63,079 nucleotides of DNA from Candidatus Thorarchaeota archaeon (GCA_003662765.1 QMYR01000001.1:1-63079), one strand, 5' to 3'. Shown: positions 18,105-28,304, counted from the stretch's first letter. The notes: generated from the sequence alone by a model not told the origin. Numbers and translations are program-made.

Positions 18105-18800
18105 TTGCTGAACATCACGTACTTTGGGCACACGTCGTTTCTCCTTGAGTCCGAGGAGACCTCAGTTCTGCTGAATCCCGGTATCTGGGATGGTTCGCCC
18201 ACTGTTCCCGATGACGTTGAGGTCCGAGTGATAATCATCACAAACCGCATGGATGACGCCGTGGGTAATGCCACAACCATTGCGGAGAACTCACGCGCAT
18301 GGATACTGGGCAACGAAGAGACCATCGAGAAGGTCAAGGAACAGGGAGGGAAGCCATGGTTGCTTCACGTTCTCGAGCCCGACAAGCCCTATGAGATCCC
18401 CGGACTAAGGGTCACAGCGCATCCACTCAGTAGGCGCGACCCCGACACCGGGGAGAGAATAGAAAATCTCGGGCTGTATATCGAGATGGGAAAGATGCGA
18501 GTTGCATATGTGGGCGACACGGTGATCAGGGGGCCGTTCGGCCAATTCGAAACTGATATCCTCATGGTACCAATAGGCGGTGACGAAGTATTCGCCGTCA
18601 AGGACGCCGTGAGTCTGTGCATAGACTCGCAGGCGAAGCTCGGGATAGCCATGCGATGGAAGTCTGATGAGCAGACTGTGAAGTTCAAGAAATATGTGGA
18701 CCAGTTTGCCCAAGGGTGCACGCCCCTCGTGATGGAGCCGGGACAGACCGTGACAGCGGAGTGGGCGGCAGGATATGAGTTCAGGTTCAGCGTGTCCTGA
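18105..18800 (+). CDS. metallo-beta-lactamase-fold hydrolase (UPF0173-like)
   Basis: N-terminus LNITYFGHTSFLLESEETSVLLNPG resembles the UPF0173/MBL-fold family. 231 aa. Confidence 0.65.
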   Translation: MLNITYFGHTSFLLESEETSVLLNPGIWDGSPTVPDDVEVRVIIITNRMDDAVGNATTIAENSRAWILGNEETIEKVKEQGGKPWLLHVLEPDKPYEIPGLRVTAHPLSRRDPDTGERIENLGLYIEMGKMRVAYVGDTVIRGPFGQFETDILMVPIGGDEVFAVKDAVSLCIDSQAKLGIAMRWKSDEQTVKFKKYVDQFAQGCTPLVMEPGQTVTAEWAAGYEFRFSVS

Positions 18801-18856
18801 GTCCGGATTGGTACCTGATGGGTCAGAGAACACCCGGAGGGTGACACAGTAGATAG

Positions 18857-20653
18857 GTGGGTGAGTGTGAATTGAGCGAGGAAAAGAGAGTCGTCATAGA
18901 TCTTGAGGAAACCGAGGAAACAACCATTGGAGAGTTGAGCGAGCAGCTGAACGCTCAGGCCAGCGGGGTCCTCAGTGTGAAGAACATTTCAGACCGTTGC
19001 CGGATATGGAATGTCAGAGTACTTCTTGCCGACTCCCGTGAGAGAACAAACATTGAAGATGAAACGCTCAACGCAGGCGAGATTGAGGCTGGTGGTGAGT
19101 GGAGCCAAGAGTACACAATTGACATTGATGCTCCGCTCCTGACCGTGGAGGAAACTTTCGACACATGCCGCAGCGTAGACGTCGAGGAGCCACACTGGGC
19201 ATACGCCCATGGGAAGGACAACCCCGTCAGAATCACCATCAGGCTCAAGAATGAAACAGACGGCGAGATTGATAACATCATACTCAACAAGACCATTCCG
19301 CCACAACTGACCGATGTCGCTATCGAGTCGGTACAATCAGGAACCGCTGAGTTTGATGAGGGAACCAAACAGGTCGTCTGGAAGGACTTTGTGATCTATC
19401 CTCACGAGGAGAGCAAGATTGTCATCACAGCCACGGCGACTGTCGAGGACATCGAGGTCGTCAATGGCGGCGAGGTCACTGTGACGTACCGTGCAGAGGG
19501 TCAGCAGAGGTCGACACTTGACCCAGACCTGACAGCCCTGACCGAGTTCTTGACCGGCGTTGACACTGCAGAAACAGAGCCTAACCACTGGGAGTGCACT
19601 CTGGAATGCAGCAATGAGAGCGATCTCGTCGTTCGCATTGACAAGGCAGAGGTCTATCTCACGCCGGAGGACGGTGGCGAGAAGGTCAAGATGATTGACG
19701 AGAGCCCAGCCGTGGAGTTGAAACCTGGAGAGTCTTGGAGTGCCAGTTTCGAGGTGGATAGCAAGACTCCACCAAAGGTCACACATGAGGTCATCTACAC
19801 CCCCACGCGTGTCGTGACCAAGCGGGTGCTGGGTACTGTCGAGAAGATCCCCCAGAGCATCCCCGTCTACAAGATAGAGTACTCCAAGGAGTTTGACCCG
19901 CCCGAGGTCAACAGCTTTGACAAGACTCCGGTAGAGGTCACAATCGAGGTCAAGAATGCAGGCACGGCCAGACTCAACGAGGTCACAGTCGTAGACCACC
20001 TTCCCGATGACGTGATGCCTCCCAAGAAGGAGCATATCACCATCTGGATTGCGGGTGAGGAATACACAGGTGACTACGAGTTTACAATCGAGCCCGATGA
20101 TCAGAACCCGGAGGTCCCGCACACTCTTACATTCAAGTTCACGAACCTCAAGGACGGTGTCGGCGAGCTCCACCCGGGACAGAGCATCAAGATCAACTAT
20201 GCGATAATGGCCTGGAAGAGTCGTCCCGAGAAGGAGTATCCCAGCCCAATCCGTTGCGAGGCCAACATTCATCCGGCTGGAACCGTCATCGATGTCGCCA
20301 GCCCCGAGGATGGTCACAAGCTTGGGATTGTGTACAAGAAGCGCCGCATCTCAGCCAAGAAGGCCATCAATCGCGGCTCCGAGCCAGGCGAGTATGTCGT
20401 GATGCTGGTCGTCGAGAATCGTGGAGAGGTCACAGTAGAGAACGTCACAGTGGTCGACTGGATTCCGCCAGGGTTCGAGTACGTGTCTATCGAGCCGAGC
20501 GATGATGCGCCGCGACTCGATAGCGTTGAAGACGGCACGACCATGACATGGGTATGGCCACGGATGAACCCCGGCGACAAGAAGAAACTGAATGTGACAG
20601 TCCGCGGCGAGGGCGAATATGAACGCCGCGAGCCCGAGGTGACCTCGGACTAG
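18857..20653 (+). CDS. acidic multi-domain beta-sandwich protein (DUF11/CARDB-like repeats), no signal peptide
   Basis: 598 aa. About five repeats of the type VEVTIEVKNAGTARLNEVTVVDHLPDDV / YVVMLVVENRGEVTVENVTVVDWIPPGFEY. The N-terminus MGECELSEEKRVVIDLEETEE is hydrophilic. Confidence 0.6.
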   Translation: MGECELSEEKRVVIDLEETEETTIGELSEQLNAQASGVLSVKNISDRCRIWNVRVLLADSRERTNIEDETLNAGEIEAGGEWSQEYTIDIDAPLLTVEETFDTCRSVDVEEPHWAYAHGKDNPVRITIRLKNETDGEIDNIILNKTIPPQLTDVAIESVQSGTAEFDEGTKQVVWKDFVIYPHEESKIVITATATVEDIEVVNGGEVTVTYRAEGQQRSTLDPDLTALTEFLTGVDTAETEPNHWECTLECSNESDLVVRIDKAEVYLTPEDGGEKVKMIDESPAVELKPGESWSASFEVDSKTPPKVTHEVIYTPTRVVTKRVLGTVEKIPQSIPVYKIEYSKEFDPPEVNSFDKTPVEVTIEVKNAGTARLNEVTVVDHLPDDVMPPKKEHITIWIAGEEYTGDYEFTIEPDDQNPEVPHTLTFKFTNLKDGVGELHPGQSIKINYAIMAWKSRPEKEYPSPIRCEANIHPAGTVIDVASPEDGHKLGIVYKKRRISAKKAINRGSEPGEYVVMLVVENRGEVTVENVTVVDWIPPGFEYVSIEPSDDAPRLDSVEDGTTMTWVWPRMNPGDKKKLNVTVRGEGEYERREPEVTSD

Positions 20654-20682
20654 ACACTCACCTAGTTTACCCTCCTTCTGGA

Positions 20683-20712
20683 CTAGGGGGGATTCTCAGC
20701 AATTCCCCCTAG
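20683..20712. terminator. GC-rich inverted repeat between convergent genes
   Basis: CTAGGGGG(G)ATTCTCAGCAATTCCCCCTAG lies between the stops at 20653 (+) and 20736 (-). Confidence 0.35.
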
Positions 20713-20735
20713 CCCACCCGGCCTTCAAAAACAGG

Positions 20736-21098
20736 CTATTGCTCAATCTCACTCTCAAGCTCTGTAAGTTCCCTTCTAGTCGCCTCTAGTTCAGCGTCGA
20801 TGTCCTCAAGGGGAATATAGTCGGCATCCCTCTCAGCGGGATGTGTGTCGAGGTTGTACCAGACCTTGAACCCCTTGAGCGCCTCGTGCAGTGCGTTGGC
20901 AATCTCAAGTATCGCACTGCCCAAGTCTTTCTCACTCATGTCGTTCTGCTTGTGCTCATAGACGAAATCAAAGGCACCACGCACAGGCGTGAACCCCAGT
21001 TCAAGTAGTTTCTTTATCACAAGTGCAGGTGACGCACCCTCAGAATAGAACCATACACTGACGCGAGTGACGTACTTTGCCATTCTACGGACCACCAA
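20736..21098 (-). CDS. hypothetical protein
   Basis: 120-aa ORF (alternative ATG at 21083, MAKYVTRVSVWFY). Globular N-terminal part plus acidic coiled C-terminus (DIDAELEATRRELTELESEIEQ). No family recognised. Confidence 0.45.
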   Translation of the reverse strand: MVVRRMAKYVTRVSVWFYSEGASPALVIKKLLELGFTPVRGAFDFVYEHKQNDMSEKDLGSAILEIANALHEALKGFKVWYNLDTHPAERDADYIPLEDIDAELEATRRELTELESEIEQ

Positions 21099-21149
21099 GA
21101 ATATGAACGAAAGGATGGCCGGCCATTCTGCTATAATAGTTTCCCATGG

Positions 21150-22529
21150 TCAGCTATCGGTTCCCTGCACTCCAGTGAAACCGTTCCGGTGTATCACTGC
21201 AAGGATTGCAATGTTGATTGCAAGGCCAATGACAAAGACAAGAGCCGGGCTGCCGAGAGCAAAGATTGCTCCGCCAATCACCGGACCCAATGCCCCCAAT
21301 CCGCTGACCAACGCCCAGAAGAGAGCTAAGAACTTCGCGGTGTCCCTCCGAGGGAGGTTCTTTCGAACTATTGTGAATAGTAGCAGCCACCATAGGCCAT
21401 CGTTCACATACTTGAGAACTATCGCAACAAAGACTGTGGTGAACAACGCACCAAGGCCGGGCATGATGTTGTTGGCTGTCGCAACAACGCCGGCTGGCGC
21501 CCAGAAGGGAAACATGGGGGCCAAGAGGATCAACAACATGGACAGAGGCATTATGCCGTAGACACGCATTGCTGTCCTTCGCAGACCACTGGTATCCGCC
21601 AGACGCCCCACCTTGAGCAGTAGTGGTACCGATATGAGAAGATACGCCGTCATGATTGTACCGATACCCGATATCGACACTCCCAGAAACTCGTTTGAGT
21701 AGAGGAGCGCACCGAATTTGAACAAGCCATCGCTCACAGAATCGAGCACGACTATCACGACCGCCCCCGGGAGCATCTTGACAAGTAGGCGCAGTGCACG
21801 CCAGTTCTTGGACAGGAAATCATGCCAGAGTGCGACACTACGAGTTTCCCCGTGAGGACGGGAGGAGTCAAGCCATGCAGCCCTGGCAATCGCGCTCATG
21901 AGTAGAGCCGTGCCACCCACAAGCGCCAACGTACGAAAGCCTTGGCCGAAGCCTTCGACTATAACCAATACATTCAACATAATCAGCGTAACCACACCGA
22001 GGACCCGTCCGGCCGAGAATATTGACAACGCAAGACCGCTGTGTCTACGAGGTACCTTGTCCATGACGTAGGCAGAAGAGCCACTCTTCACTAGGTTCAT
22101 TGTCGCATAGATCAGCAGGGCCAGCACCAAGAGAAACGGCTGTGTGAAGAGTCCTGTAATCATCAATGTCACTGCACCAAACAACATTGCTGCCACGGCA
22201 AGATGTCGACGATCTGTGATGTCACCGAGATATCCCCCTGCAATCCTCGAGGCGGCAGCAATCACCATGTTGGCTCCACCGACGAGCCCTATCAGGAGAA
22301 AGCCCCAACCGAGGCTTCGAAGATAGAGATTGTAAAAAATGTACAGGACCTCGAACGTATAGAACACCCATGCCGTTCCGAGGAACACTGTGTAGCTCCT
22401 CTGTGAGAATACCTCAGAGATAGCCTCGCGCAAGCCGGTGGGCTCGACAGTCTGTTCTCTGTGTGGTATTGCTATGGTACTGCGTTGCTTGGAATCCATG
22501 TGCTCGACTCCGCAGCCACTCGGGGCCAC
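21150..22529 (-). CDS. MFS-type transporter
   Basis: 459 aa with about 12 hydrophobic helices in a 6+6 arrangement around a central loop. Alternative ATG at 22499. Confidence 0.75.
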   Translation of the reverse strand: MAPSGCGVEHMDSKQRSTIAIPHREQTVEPTGLREAISEVFSQRSYTVFLGTAWVFYTFEVLYIFYNLYLRSLGWGFLLIGLVGGANMVIAAASRIAGGYLGDITDRRHLAVAAMLFGAVTLMITGLFTQPFLLVLALLIYATMNLVKSGSSAYVMDKVPRRHSGLALSIFSAGRVLGVVTLIMLNVLVIVEGFGQGFRTLALVGGTALLMSAIARAAWLDSSRPHGETRSVALWHDFLSKNWRALRLLVKMLPGAVVIVVLDSVSDGLFKFGALLYSNEFLGVSISGIGTIMTAYLLISVPLLLKVGRLADTSGLRRTAMRVYGIMPLSMLLILLAPMFPFWAPAGVVATANNIMPGLGALFTTVFVAIVLKYVNDGLWWLLLFTIVRKNLPRRDTAKFLALFWALVSGLGALGPVIGGAIFALGSPALVFVIGLAINIAILAVIHRNGFTGVQGTDS

Positions 22530-22609
22530 CTGGGAACGACCTTAGTCGCCTCATAGACCACCGGGAGTTCTACGTATGGGTCCCACTCACAGTATTTAGA
22601 CTCCTAGAA

Positions 22610-23704
22610 TCAGTCCAGATGATAGTCGTGAACAACGGGCACCAGAGCCTCGTGTTTCAATGCATGAAGCCATAGACTCCGGCAACTGCAGTCAAGGTTA
22701 GCGAGTGACTCAGGATCTTGCGTGAGCGAAAACCTACGTATTGCTTGGGTGACTGTCGAGTCGCACAGGCCACAGTTGTGGGCTCCGCGCTTCTTTCCTG
22801 CCGCCACCGGATCGCACACAAGAAGCACATCCTTTGGTATCTTTCGTCGGCCCCGAGTCAGAACCTCCACCACGGTCCAGAGCCACGGAGGCCGGTAGGC
22901 ATTTGCATCCCACAACCGCTCTACTAGCGTATGACGCTGGACGTTGACGGGATTCACTGAAACTGTCGTCGCACCCATGTTCGCTGCGTCGATTATCGTG
23001 TTCACTGCATCAGCAAGAGCATCACCCTCACTCAAGAAGGGCGGCTTGATTAGGACATAAGCGCGCGTTCCGATGCCATGTTGTTTTGCAAGTTCGACGG
23101 CCAGACGAAACTCCTCCCGTGTAAAGCCCTTGTTGACACACACCAGTCGGACGCGGTCATTGCTGCTCTCTAGGCCCATACCCAGTTCGACATCGCGTTC
23201 TCCAAGAATGTCACGAATCTCCCGCATCTTCGGTTCGGTGGCATATTCTGGCCGGGACTCGAGAACGACGTGCTGCACTCTCTGGTCTGTAGCGATGATT
23301 CGAAGGATCTCTCGTCTGGCATCGGAGGAAACCTCAGTATCATCGAGAAAGCTACCACTGGTGTAGACTTTTATGGACAGTGGGGCCTCAATACCCTCCG
23401 TTTTGCTCATCGCATTTCGAAACTGGGCGACAAGATTCTCCGAGCTCACATCCCCGCCAGTGCCGTCCAATAGATAGCTGCACATTGTGCAGCCTCCCGA
23501 TGTGCTTCGAGCATACGAACAACCAACCGTGGACAGGACTATCGAGAATGCTGTGCCCACGGTATCGCCGATGAGCGATTGTGTGGACCAGACAGAGGCC
23601 GGCCGACGCGGGTTTCTCCTGCGACGCACAACAATCGATGAACCCCTTGCGGCTAGACTCTCGTGTGCAACGAGCTCCCTAATCTCTTCGAACTCCTCGC
23701 TCAT
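22610..23704 (-). CDS. radical-SAM enzyme of the archaeosine pathway (RaSEA, TIGR01210-like)
   Basis: N-terminal Cys cluster GCSYARSTSGGCTMCSY, TIM-barrel-like body, start 1 nt after the ArcS-like gene stop. The family assignment rests on this cluster and the arcS adjacency. Confidence 0.7.
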   Translation of the reverse strand: MSEEFEEIRELVAHESLAARGSSIVVRRRRNPRRPASVWSTQSLIGDTVGTAFSIVLSTVGCSYARSTSGGCTMCSYLLDGTGGDVSSENLVAQFRNAMSKTEGIEAPLSIKVYTSGSFLDDTEVSSDARREILRIIATDQRVQHVVLESRPEYATEPKMREIRDILGERDVELGMGLESSNDRVRLVCVNKGFTREEFRLAVELAKQHGIGTRAYVLIKPPFLSEGDALADAVNTIIDAANMGATTVSVNPVNVQRHTLVERLWDANAYRPPWLWTVVEVLTRGRRKIPKDVLLVCDPVAAGKKRGAHNCGLCDSTVTQAIRRFSLTQDPESLANLDCSCRSLWLHALKHEALVPVVHDYHLD

Positions 23705-23705
23705 C

Positions 23706-25649
23706 TCATTTCACCTTATGCCGGATTGAAACCGCGCGACCATTGTCGAACTCACACATCTCACGACCAGACATCTCGCTGCGACCAACTGCCACTACGT
23801 CGTCATGCTGATTCAGAACTATGACTTCATCCCCGGGCCGTATCTGTGGGTCAGCACTGGTCACTGCCACGGCAAACAACGAGCCCCCGCCAATCTCCCT
23901 GCCATCAAACTTGACCCAGTACCTCCCGAGCCCGGAGAGACGTTCTGCACCACGGAGTGTGAGCGAGAGCATCCCATTGGATGCGATATATGAGAACAGC
24001 TGCTCACCTTCAACCTTGCATGTCACTGTATGGTAGAGCTTGCCTCGAAACCTAGCATTCTCGGGCACAAGAAGACCCGCGGCCCCAGAGCCGAATTGAA
24101 AGTCTGCCGTGGCCCGAAGGGTTTCCAACACCAAGTTCTCTTTACCACCTTTCAATCGGAGAATCTCCCTGAGGTCTGATAATGTGGCCTTGAGAGAACT
24201 CAGGGACTCCCGTGTTGACACAGACTGTTGGGCATCCACGGTGAATACTATGCTCTGCTTGATACGTGACTCTGCCACACGGACTACGTCGCCATATCCA
24301 CCAGAAACATGAGCCACAACCACCACGGATGGTGGAAACTTGCGTAGATGCGAAACTAGCGCATCGGCCGCTATGGAGATCTCCTCCGCGTCCCAGTCAC
24401 CAGTCACAGGAATGTCATAGTTAGCGACAGGGTAGATTCGTTCGAGCTCGCGCGGAATCACTCCAAGGGGGGAGGTTATGATTGTTTCAGCAACGGCCCT
24501 TCGGGCGCTTCCCAGCGCAGACTCGATGGCCTGAGCAAACCTCCTGTGAGAACGCGACTCCGAGTATGGTTTCCGAGCTGAACACGGCAGCAATAGCACG
24601 ACCTGCTTCCACGACGGCGGACTGTATCTCGACTCAAGTTGCTTTCGAAACCTCTTGATTGCAGGAGCATTGTATGACTCCGGCCCAATGAGCGGCATCA
24701 CTCCTGAGCCAACGACCGGGCTAAATTCCTCGAGATATGAGTAGAGGGCCGAGTCAACACGACGCAAGAGGCTTGCAAGTCCAGGAGAGGCATGGGTCAT
24801 TGACTCCACGAGCCAACGGAGCAGACCTCTGGACGCTGCGTCGAGTGCCTGCGAAATGACCATGCGATATATGTCTATGTTGTGGCTCAAGAGAATGTTC
24901 TCCAGTGGCTCGTTCGACTCCTCTGCGTTCAAACACGCACGGCAGGAACAATACCGCCCCTCAGAGAGTGACGATACGTCTTCGTGGCCATTCCACCAGA
25001 GGCGACGACGAAGATGGGCTGCCTCCTCGGTATGGCTGACATCGAGTACGTCAAAGCCAAGATAGTAGAGAAGAGGAATGGCAGACGGTTCGATACGGCC
25101 AAGGGCGATAGCCAGCCAGTCGGCAGGTAGCCTGCTCCTCAGAACCGCAGAGGCGAGGTCTCGTTGTGAGAACATGCCGTCGAATTCGAAGGCAGCAGCA
25201 TGGACTCCAAGTTCATGCGCACGAAACACAATGCGATCGAGACCCTCAGGGCCCATTGATCGTGGTATTCGTAGCACCAAGCGAGACCGTTTCTCTGGCT
25301 CGCACTCCTCCGCCCAGCGCAGCTGTTCGAGCACGGTAGTTTCAGCGAGCCTCTCGGACATGCCGGACACTCCCGACAGCGTGGGAATCATCTCCAAGAC
25401 GACAGCCTCACACCCCTCTTGGGGATTGGGATGATGGTCATGAAGCATTGACTGGTGAACAATCAGTTTGGCTCGATAGTCAAATAGGTGAAGCTCATCG
25501 GGTGCACCGTATACAATGTCGACATCGGGCAACGAACCGGGGCCCAAGAGAGCGGGGGTCGCCACCTCCGCTCCGGAACATCTCCAGATACCTCGCCTTG
25601 CGGGACCGTCGTGGCCCCTCTGAACTATCAGTCTAGTTTCGCTATTCAT
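23706..25649 (-). CDS. arcS: archaeosine synthase ArcS-like protein (TGT-superfamily paralog with C-terminal PUA)
   Basis: 647 aa. CxCxxC zinc motif CSCRAC of the TGT superfamily. C-terminal PUA-like segment IRPGDEVIVLNQHDDVVAVGRSEMSGREM. N-terminus lacks the well-conserved ArcTGT start. GGTGA Shine-Dalgarno sequence in the 18-nt gap upstream. Confidence 0.65.
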   Translation of the reverse strand: MNSETRLIVQRGHDGPARRGIWRCSGAEVATPALLGPGSLPDVDIVYGAPDELHLFDYRAKLIVHQSMLHDHHPNPQEGCEAVVLEMIPTLSGVSGMSERLAETTVLEQLRWAEECEPEKRSRLVLRIPRSMGPEGLDRIVFRAHELGVHAAAFEFDGMFSQRDLASAVLRSRLPADWLAIALGRIEPSAIPLLYYLGFDVLDVSHTEEAAHLRRRLWWNGHEDVSSLSEGRYCSCRACLNAEESNEPLENILLSHNIDIYRMVISQALDAASRGLLRWLVESMTHASPGLASLLRRVDSALYSYLEEFSPVVGSGVMPLIGPESYNAPAIKRFRKQLESRYSPPSWKQVVLLLPCSARKPYSESRSHRRFAQAIESALGSARRAVAETIITSPLGVIPRELERIYPVANYDIPVTGDWDAEEISIAADALVSHLRKFPPSVVVVAHVSGGYGDVVRVAESRIKQSIVFTVDAQQSVSTRESLSSLKATLSDLREILRLKGGKENLVLETLRATADFQFGSGAAGLLVPENARFRGKLYHTVTCKVEGEQLFSYIASNGMLSLTLRGAERLSGLGRYWVKFDGREIGGGSLFAVAVTSADPQIRPGDEVIVLNQHDDVVAVGRSEMSGREMCEFDNGRAVSIRHKVK

Positions 25650-25667
25650 TGATTGTCACCATGTCTT

Positions 25668-28304
25668 CTATACTAGTGGTTCGTGACCCGAGTACGTTTC
25701 CCTGTCGAAGTCAGTCTTCGTACCCGCAAGAATCTGTTCCACACTATCGAGGGCTCCCAGCTTGAACAGAGGTTGATTGTTGTTGCCACACTGGTAAGAG
25801 TATGTGCATAGGGGACATCCGTCGACCTTCCTGCAGTCGCACTTTGACAAGATTGTCTTCGCTCTCGAGAAAGCCTCGGGCAGCCGACCAAAGAGAAGTC
25901 GCGATGCGCCATTGCCGCCCGGACTCCCGTCGTAGACAAAGATCACACCCGAGTCGCCCATGGACACACCCCCAATCTCTCGTGTACCGCCCCCAGTCAA
26001 CATGTCACTTGACTCAATGAGAACGTGTTCAAGGGCGTGGAAGGCGCCACCGTAGAGTTCAGCTGTGCCCATGGGCGGCCCAGAGAGGTCTTGCAACCTG
26101 CCCTGAAGGTAATCGTTCACAGAGGATTTGGGAGAGGGGGCTCTAAAGGCAAAGCCCCTAGTCAGGTATTTGTACACCAAGGGCGTATCGAGGTCTTCAC
26201 GTCCAAGGAATTTGCCGCTCCCGGTCTCCTTCATGATATAACCGGTGACCGTCTGTGTCATCTCAAGTGTGCAATATGAAACGTTCAATCCAAGGATGCG
26301 CTTGGTTTCGTGTACTTCCACGATTCGAGGCATTGTTGAGTACAGTGGACGAGTATACATCCTCTTGTCTTCAAAAGGTTCCACCATGGCACGTCCCAAG
26401 CCTGGCCGGTACTTGAAGTCCACAGACTTGTAGCTCTTTCCTCCGTGAAGATAGATGGCACCTGGGTGAAGCTCCTGTGCGGCCATGGGCATAGTTCGTG
26501 ACCCCAGGGTTGTGGAACCATGCTTGATCTCAACCGTGTCGCCAATCCCACGGATGTTATAGCTCCTCCATTTCTTTCTAGCCGTGTTGAAGTCTACAAC
26601 CCGTACGTTTCCATCTTTGTCGACTGATACTATGCCATCTCGTTCAAGAGCCTCGATTATGTGACCTTGGCGCGGAAACATCTTTGTATTGAGCTTCCCA
26701 GTCATCGCAGCTGCAATCAACTGGTAGTAGCCGACCACCTCATTGCCCGGCTCCATGTATGCCGCGTCGATGTCAGTGAAGTACTTGTCTGGCTCATGGC
26801 GATAGAACGATGATATGGGATCATTCTCCCGTAGAGCAAGGACCGCCACACTCTCCTGCCCCTTCCTACCGGCCCGCCCGATTCTCTGAGTGAGCCTCGT
26901 TATAGACACAATCATGCTGACGACACAGTCCAGGTTGCCGATGTCAATTCCCAGCTCAAGTGTGGGTGTCGAAACGATGACTGGCAGGTCACCTTTCTTG
27001 AAACTGTCCTCGACGTTCCTGCGGTAGCTCTTGGAGAGGCCCGCTCTGTGGACCATGGACTTCACGCCCTGCTGACGGAGAAGAACATTGAGAAGCTCAG
27101 CCTCCGTGTGTGTGTTGCCAAAGACGAGCGTCTTGAAGCCTCCTCGCAGGAGAATACGGACGATGTCTGTGATCATGCTGTACTTGCTCCTATTGCCAGG
27201 ATAGTACATGAAGAAGTGAACAGGGCCTCGCCTCGCACTCTTCGACTCAATCAGCTGCACATCGCTATCGAAGAGAAGGTCGGCGAACTCCTTGGGATTG
27301 GAAACCGTGGCAGAAGCACCAATCTTCTGGAATGCTCCGGCCTCCAATTCCAGTCGTTTGAGAATGTAGAATACATTCGTGCCCATGGAGCCTGTGTACA
27401 GATGAATCTCATCCAGTACGACATACTGCACTGTGTGCAACAGCGGAACAAGTCGTGACCTACTCCAACCAAGATGATAGTGCAAAACGTCAGGATTCGT
27501 GAGTAGAATGTCGGGAGGACGGTCATAGATCTTTTGACGTTGCGCCTGCGTCACGTCACCGTCGAATACCGCAACTGTGAGGCTTGCACTCTTGCATAGT
27601 TCCCGAATCTTTTCATACTGATCACGGGCAAGTGCCTTCGTCGGATAGATGAGGAGGGCACGAACACCTGGATTCATGAACGCATCGTCGATGTTCCGGA
27701 CCAAGCGGGTGATGATAGGCAGAATGAAGGCCTCTGTCTTCCCCTGGCCCGTGGGAGCCGCAATCACCACATCTGCGCCGTCGAGGATTGAGTGATACGC
27801 GCGCTCTTGGAAGTCGTAAAGGTGAGATATGCCTCTTGCTCGCAGGCCCTCTCGTGTTCTTCGTGGAATCGAGAGGTCATCAATAGAACACCCGTACTCG
27901 GCCTCTGTGGGAGGCATGTAACGGTATCTGACGAGATAGTCGCGGCGTGCCTCAACGAGTATGCGGAGCGCCTCAGGAAGATCGTCGATTCTCGCACCAC
28001 CCTGCTCAATCTTCTCGCGAACTGCCTGTACGGTCTCGACAGGCTCGAAACGCGAACCGCGCTTCTGAGAACGCTTGGAGCGTGTCGTGACCTTTGGTCG
28101 ACGCCTAGCCTTGGCACTGCTATGCGTGGTGATCTTACCGGAAACGACCGCGCGGGTGTACTCATCATAGGCGTCAAACAAATCCTTCTTGCGACCATCG
28201 ACAAGGAGTTCTGCACCACACGTGGTACACCGTACCGTCCAGATGTTTCCACTCTTGAATATGTCCAACCTAGACCCACACTTGGCACAGTGTAACACAG
28301 GCAT
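25668..28304 (-). CDS. DEAD/DEAH-box helicase with N-terminal zinc ribbon and C-terminal DUF1998 (MrfA/YprA-like)
   Basis: CAKCGS...CTTCGA ribbon. Helicase motifs AAPTGQGKT, LDEIH, SAT, VSTPTLELGIDIG and QRIGRAGR. C-terminal 4-Cys CDCRKVDGCPLCTYSYQCGNNN. Confidence 0.85.
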   Translation of the reverse strand: MPVLHCAKCGSRLDIFKSGNIWTVRCTTCGAELLVDGRKKDLFDAYDEYTRAVVSGKITTHSSAKARRRPKVTTRSKRSQKRGSRFEPVETVQAVREKIEQGGARIDDLPEALRILVEARRDYLVRYRYMPPTEAEYGCSIDDLSIPRRTREGLRARGISHLYDFQERAYHSILDGADVVIAAPTGQGKTEAFILPIITRLVRNIDDAFMNPGVRALLIYPTKALARDQYEKIRELCKSASLTVAVFDGDVTQAQRQKIYDRPPDILLTNPDVLHYHLGWSRSRLVPLLHTVQYVVLDEIHLYTGSMGTNVFYILKRLELEAGAFQKIGASATVSNPKEFADLLFDSDVQLIESKSARRGPVHFFMYYPGNRSKYSMITDIVRILLRGGFKTLVFGNTHTEAELLNVLLRQQGVKSMVHRAGLSKSYRRNVEDSFKKGDLPVIVSTPTLELGIDIGNLDCVVSMIVSITRLTQRIGRAGRKGQESVAVLALRENDPISSFYRHEPDKYFTDIDAAYMEPGNEVVGYYQLIAAAMTGKLNTKMFPRQGHIIEALERDGIVSVDKDGNVRVVDFNTARKKWRSYNIRGIGDTVEIKHGSTTLGSRTMPMAAQELHPGAIYLHGGKSYKSVDFKYRPGLGRAMVEPFEDKRMYTRPLYSTMPRIVEVHETKRILGLNVSYCTLEMTQTVTGYIMKETGSGKFLGREDLDTPLVYKYLTRGFAFRAPSPKSSVNDYLQGRLQDLSGPPMGTAELYGGAFHALEHVLIESSDMLTGGGTREIGGVSMGDSGVIFVYDGSPGGNGASRLLFGRLPEAFSRAKTILSKCDCRKVDGCPLCTYSYQCGNNNQPLFKLGALDSVEQILAGTKTDFDRETYSGHEPLV

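Noticed and set aside
25668-28304. Helicase plus DUF1998 as a DISARM-like (DrmA/DrmB) defence component.
   Set aside because: The helicase and DUF1998 are fused as in MrfA/YprA-type repair helicases. There is no PLD nuclease, SNF2 or methyltransferase gene in the neighbourhood.
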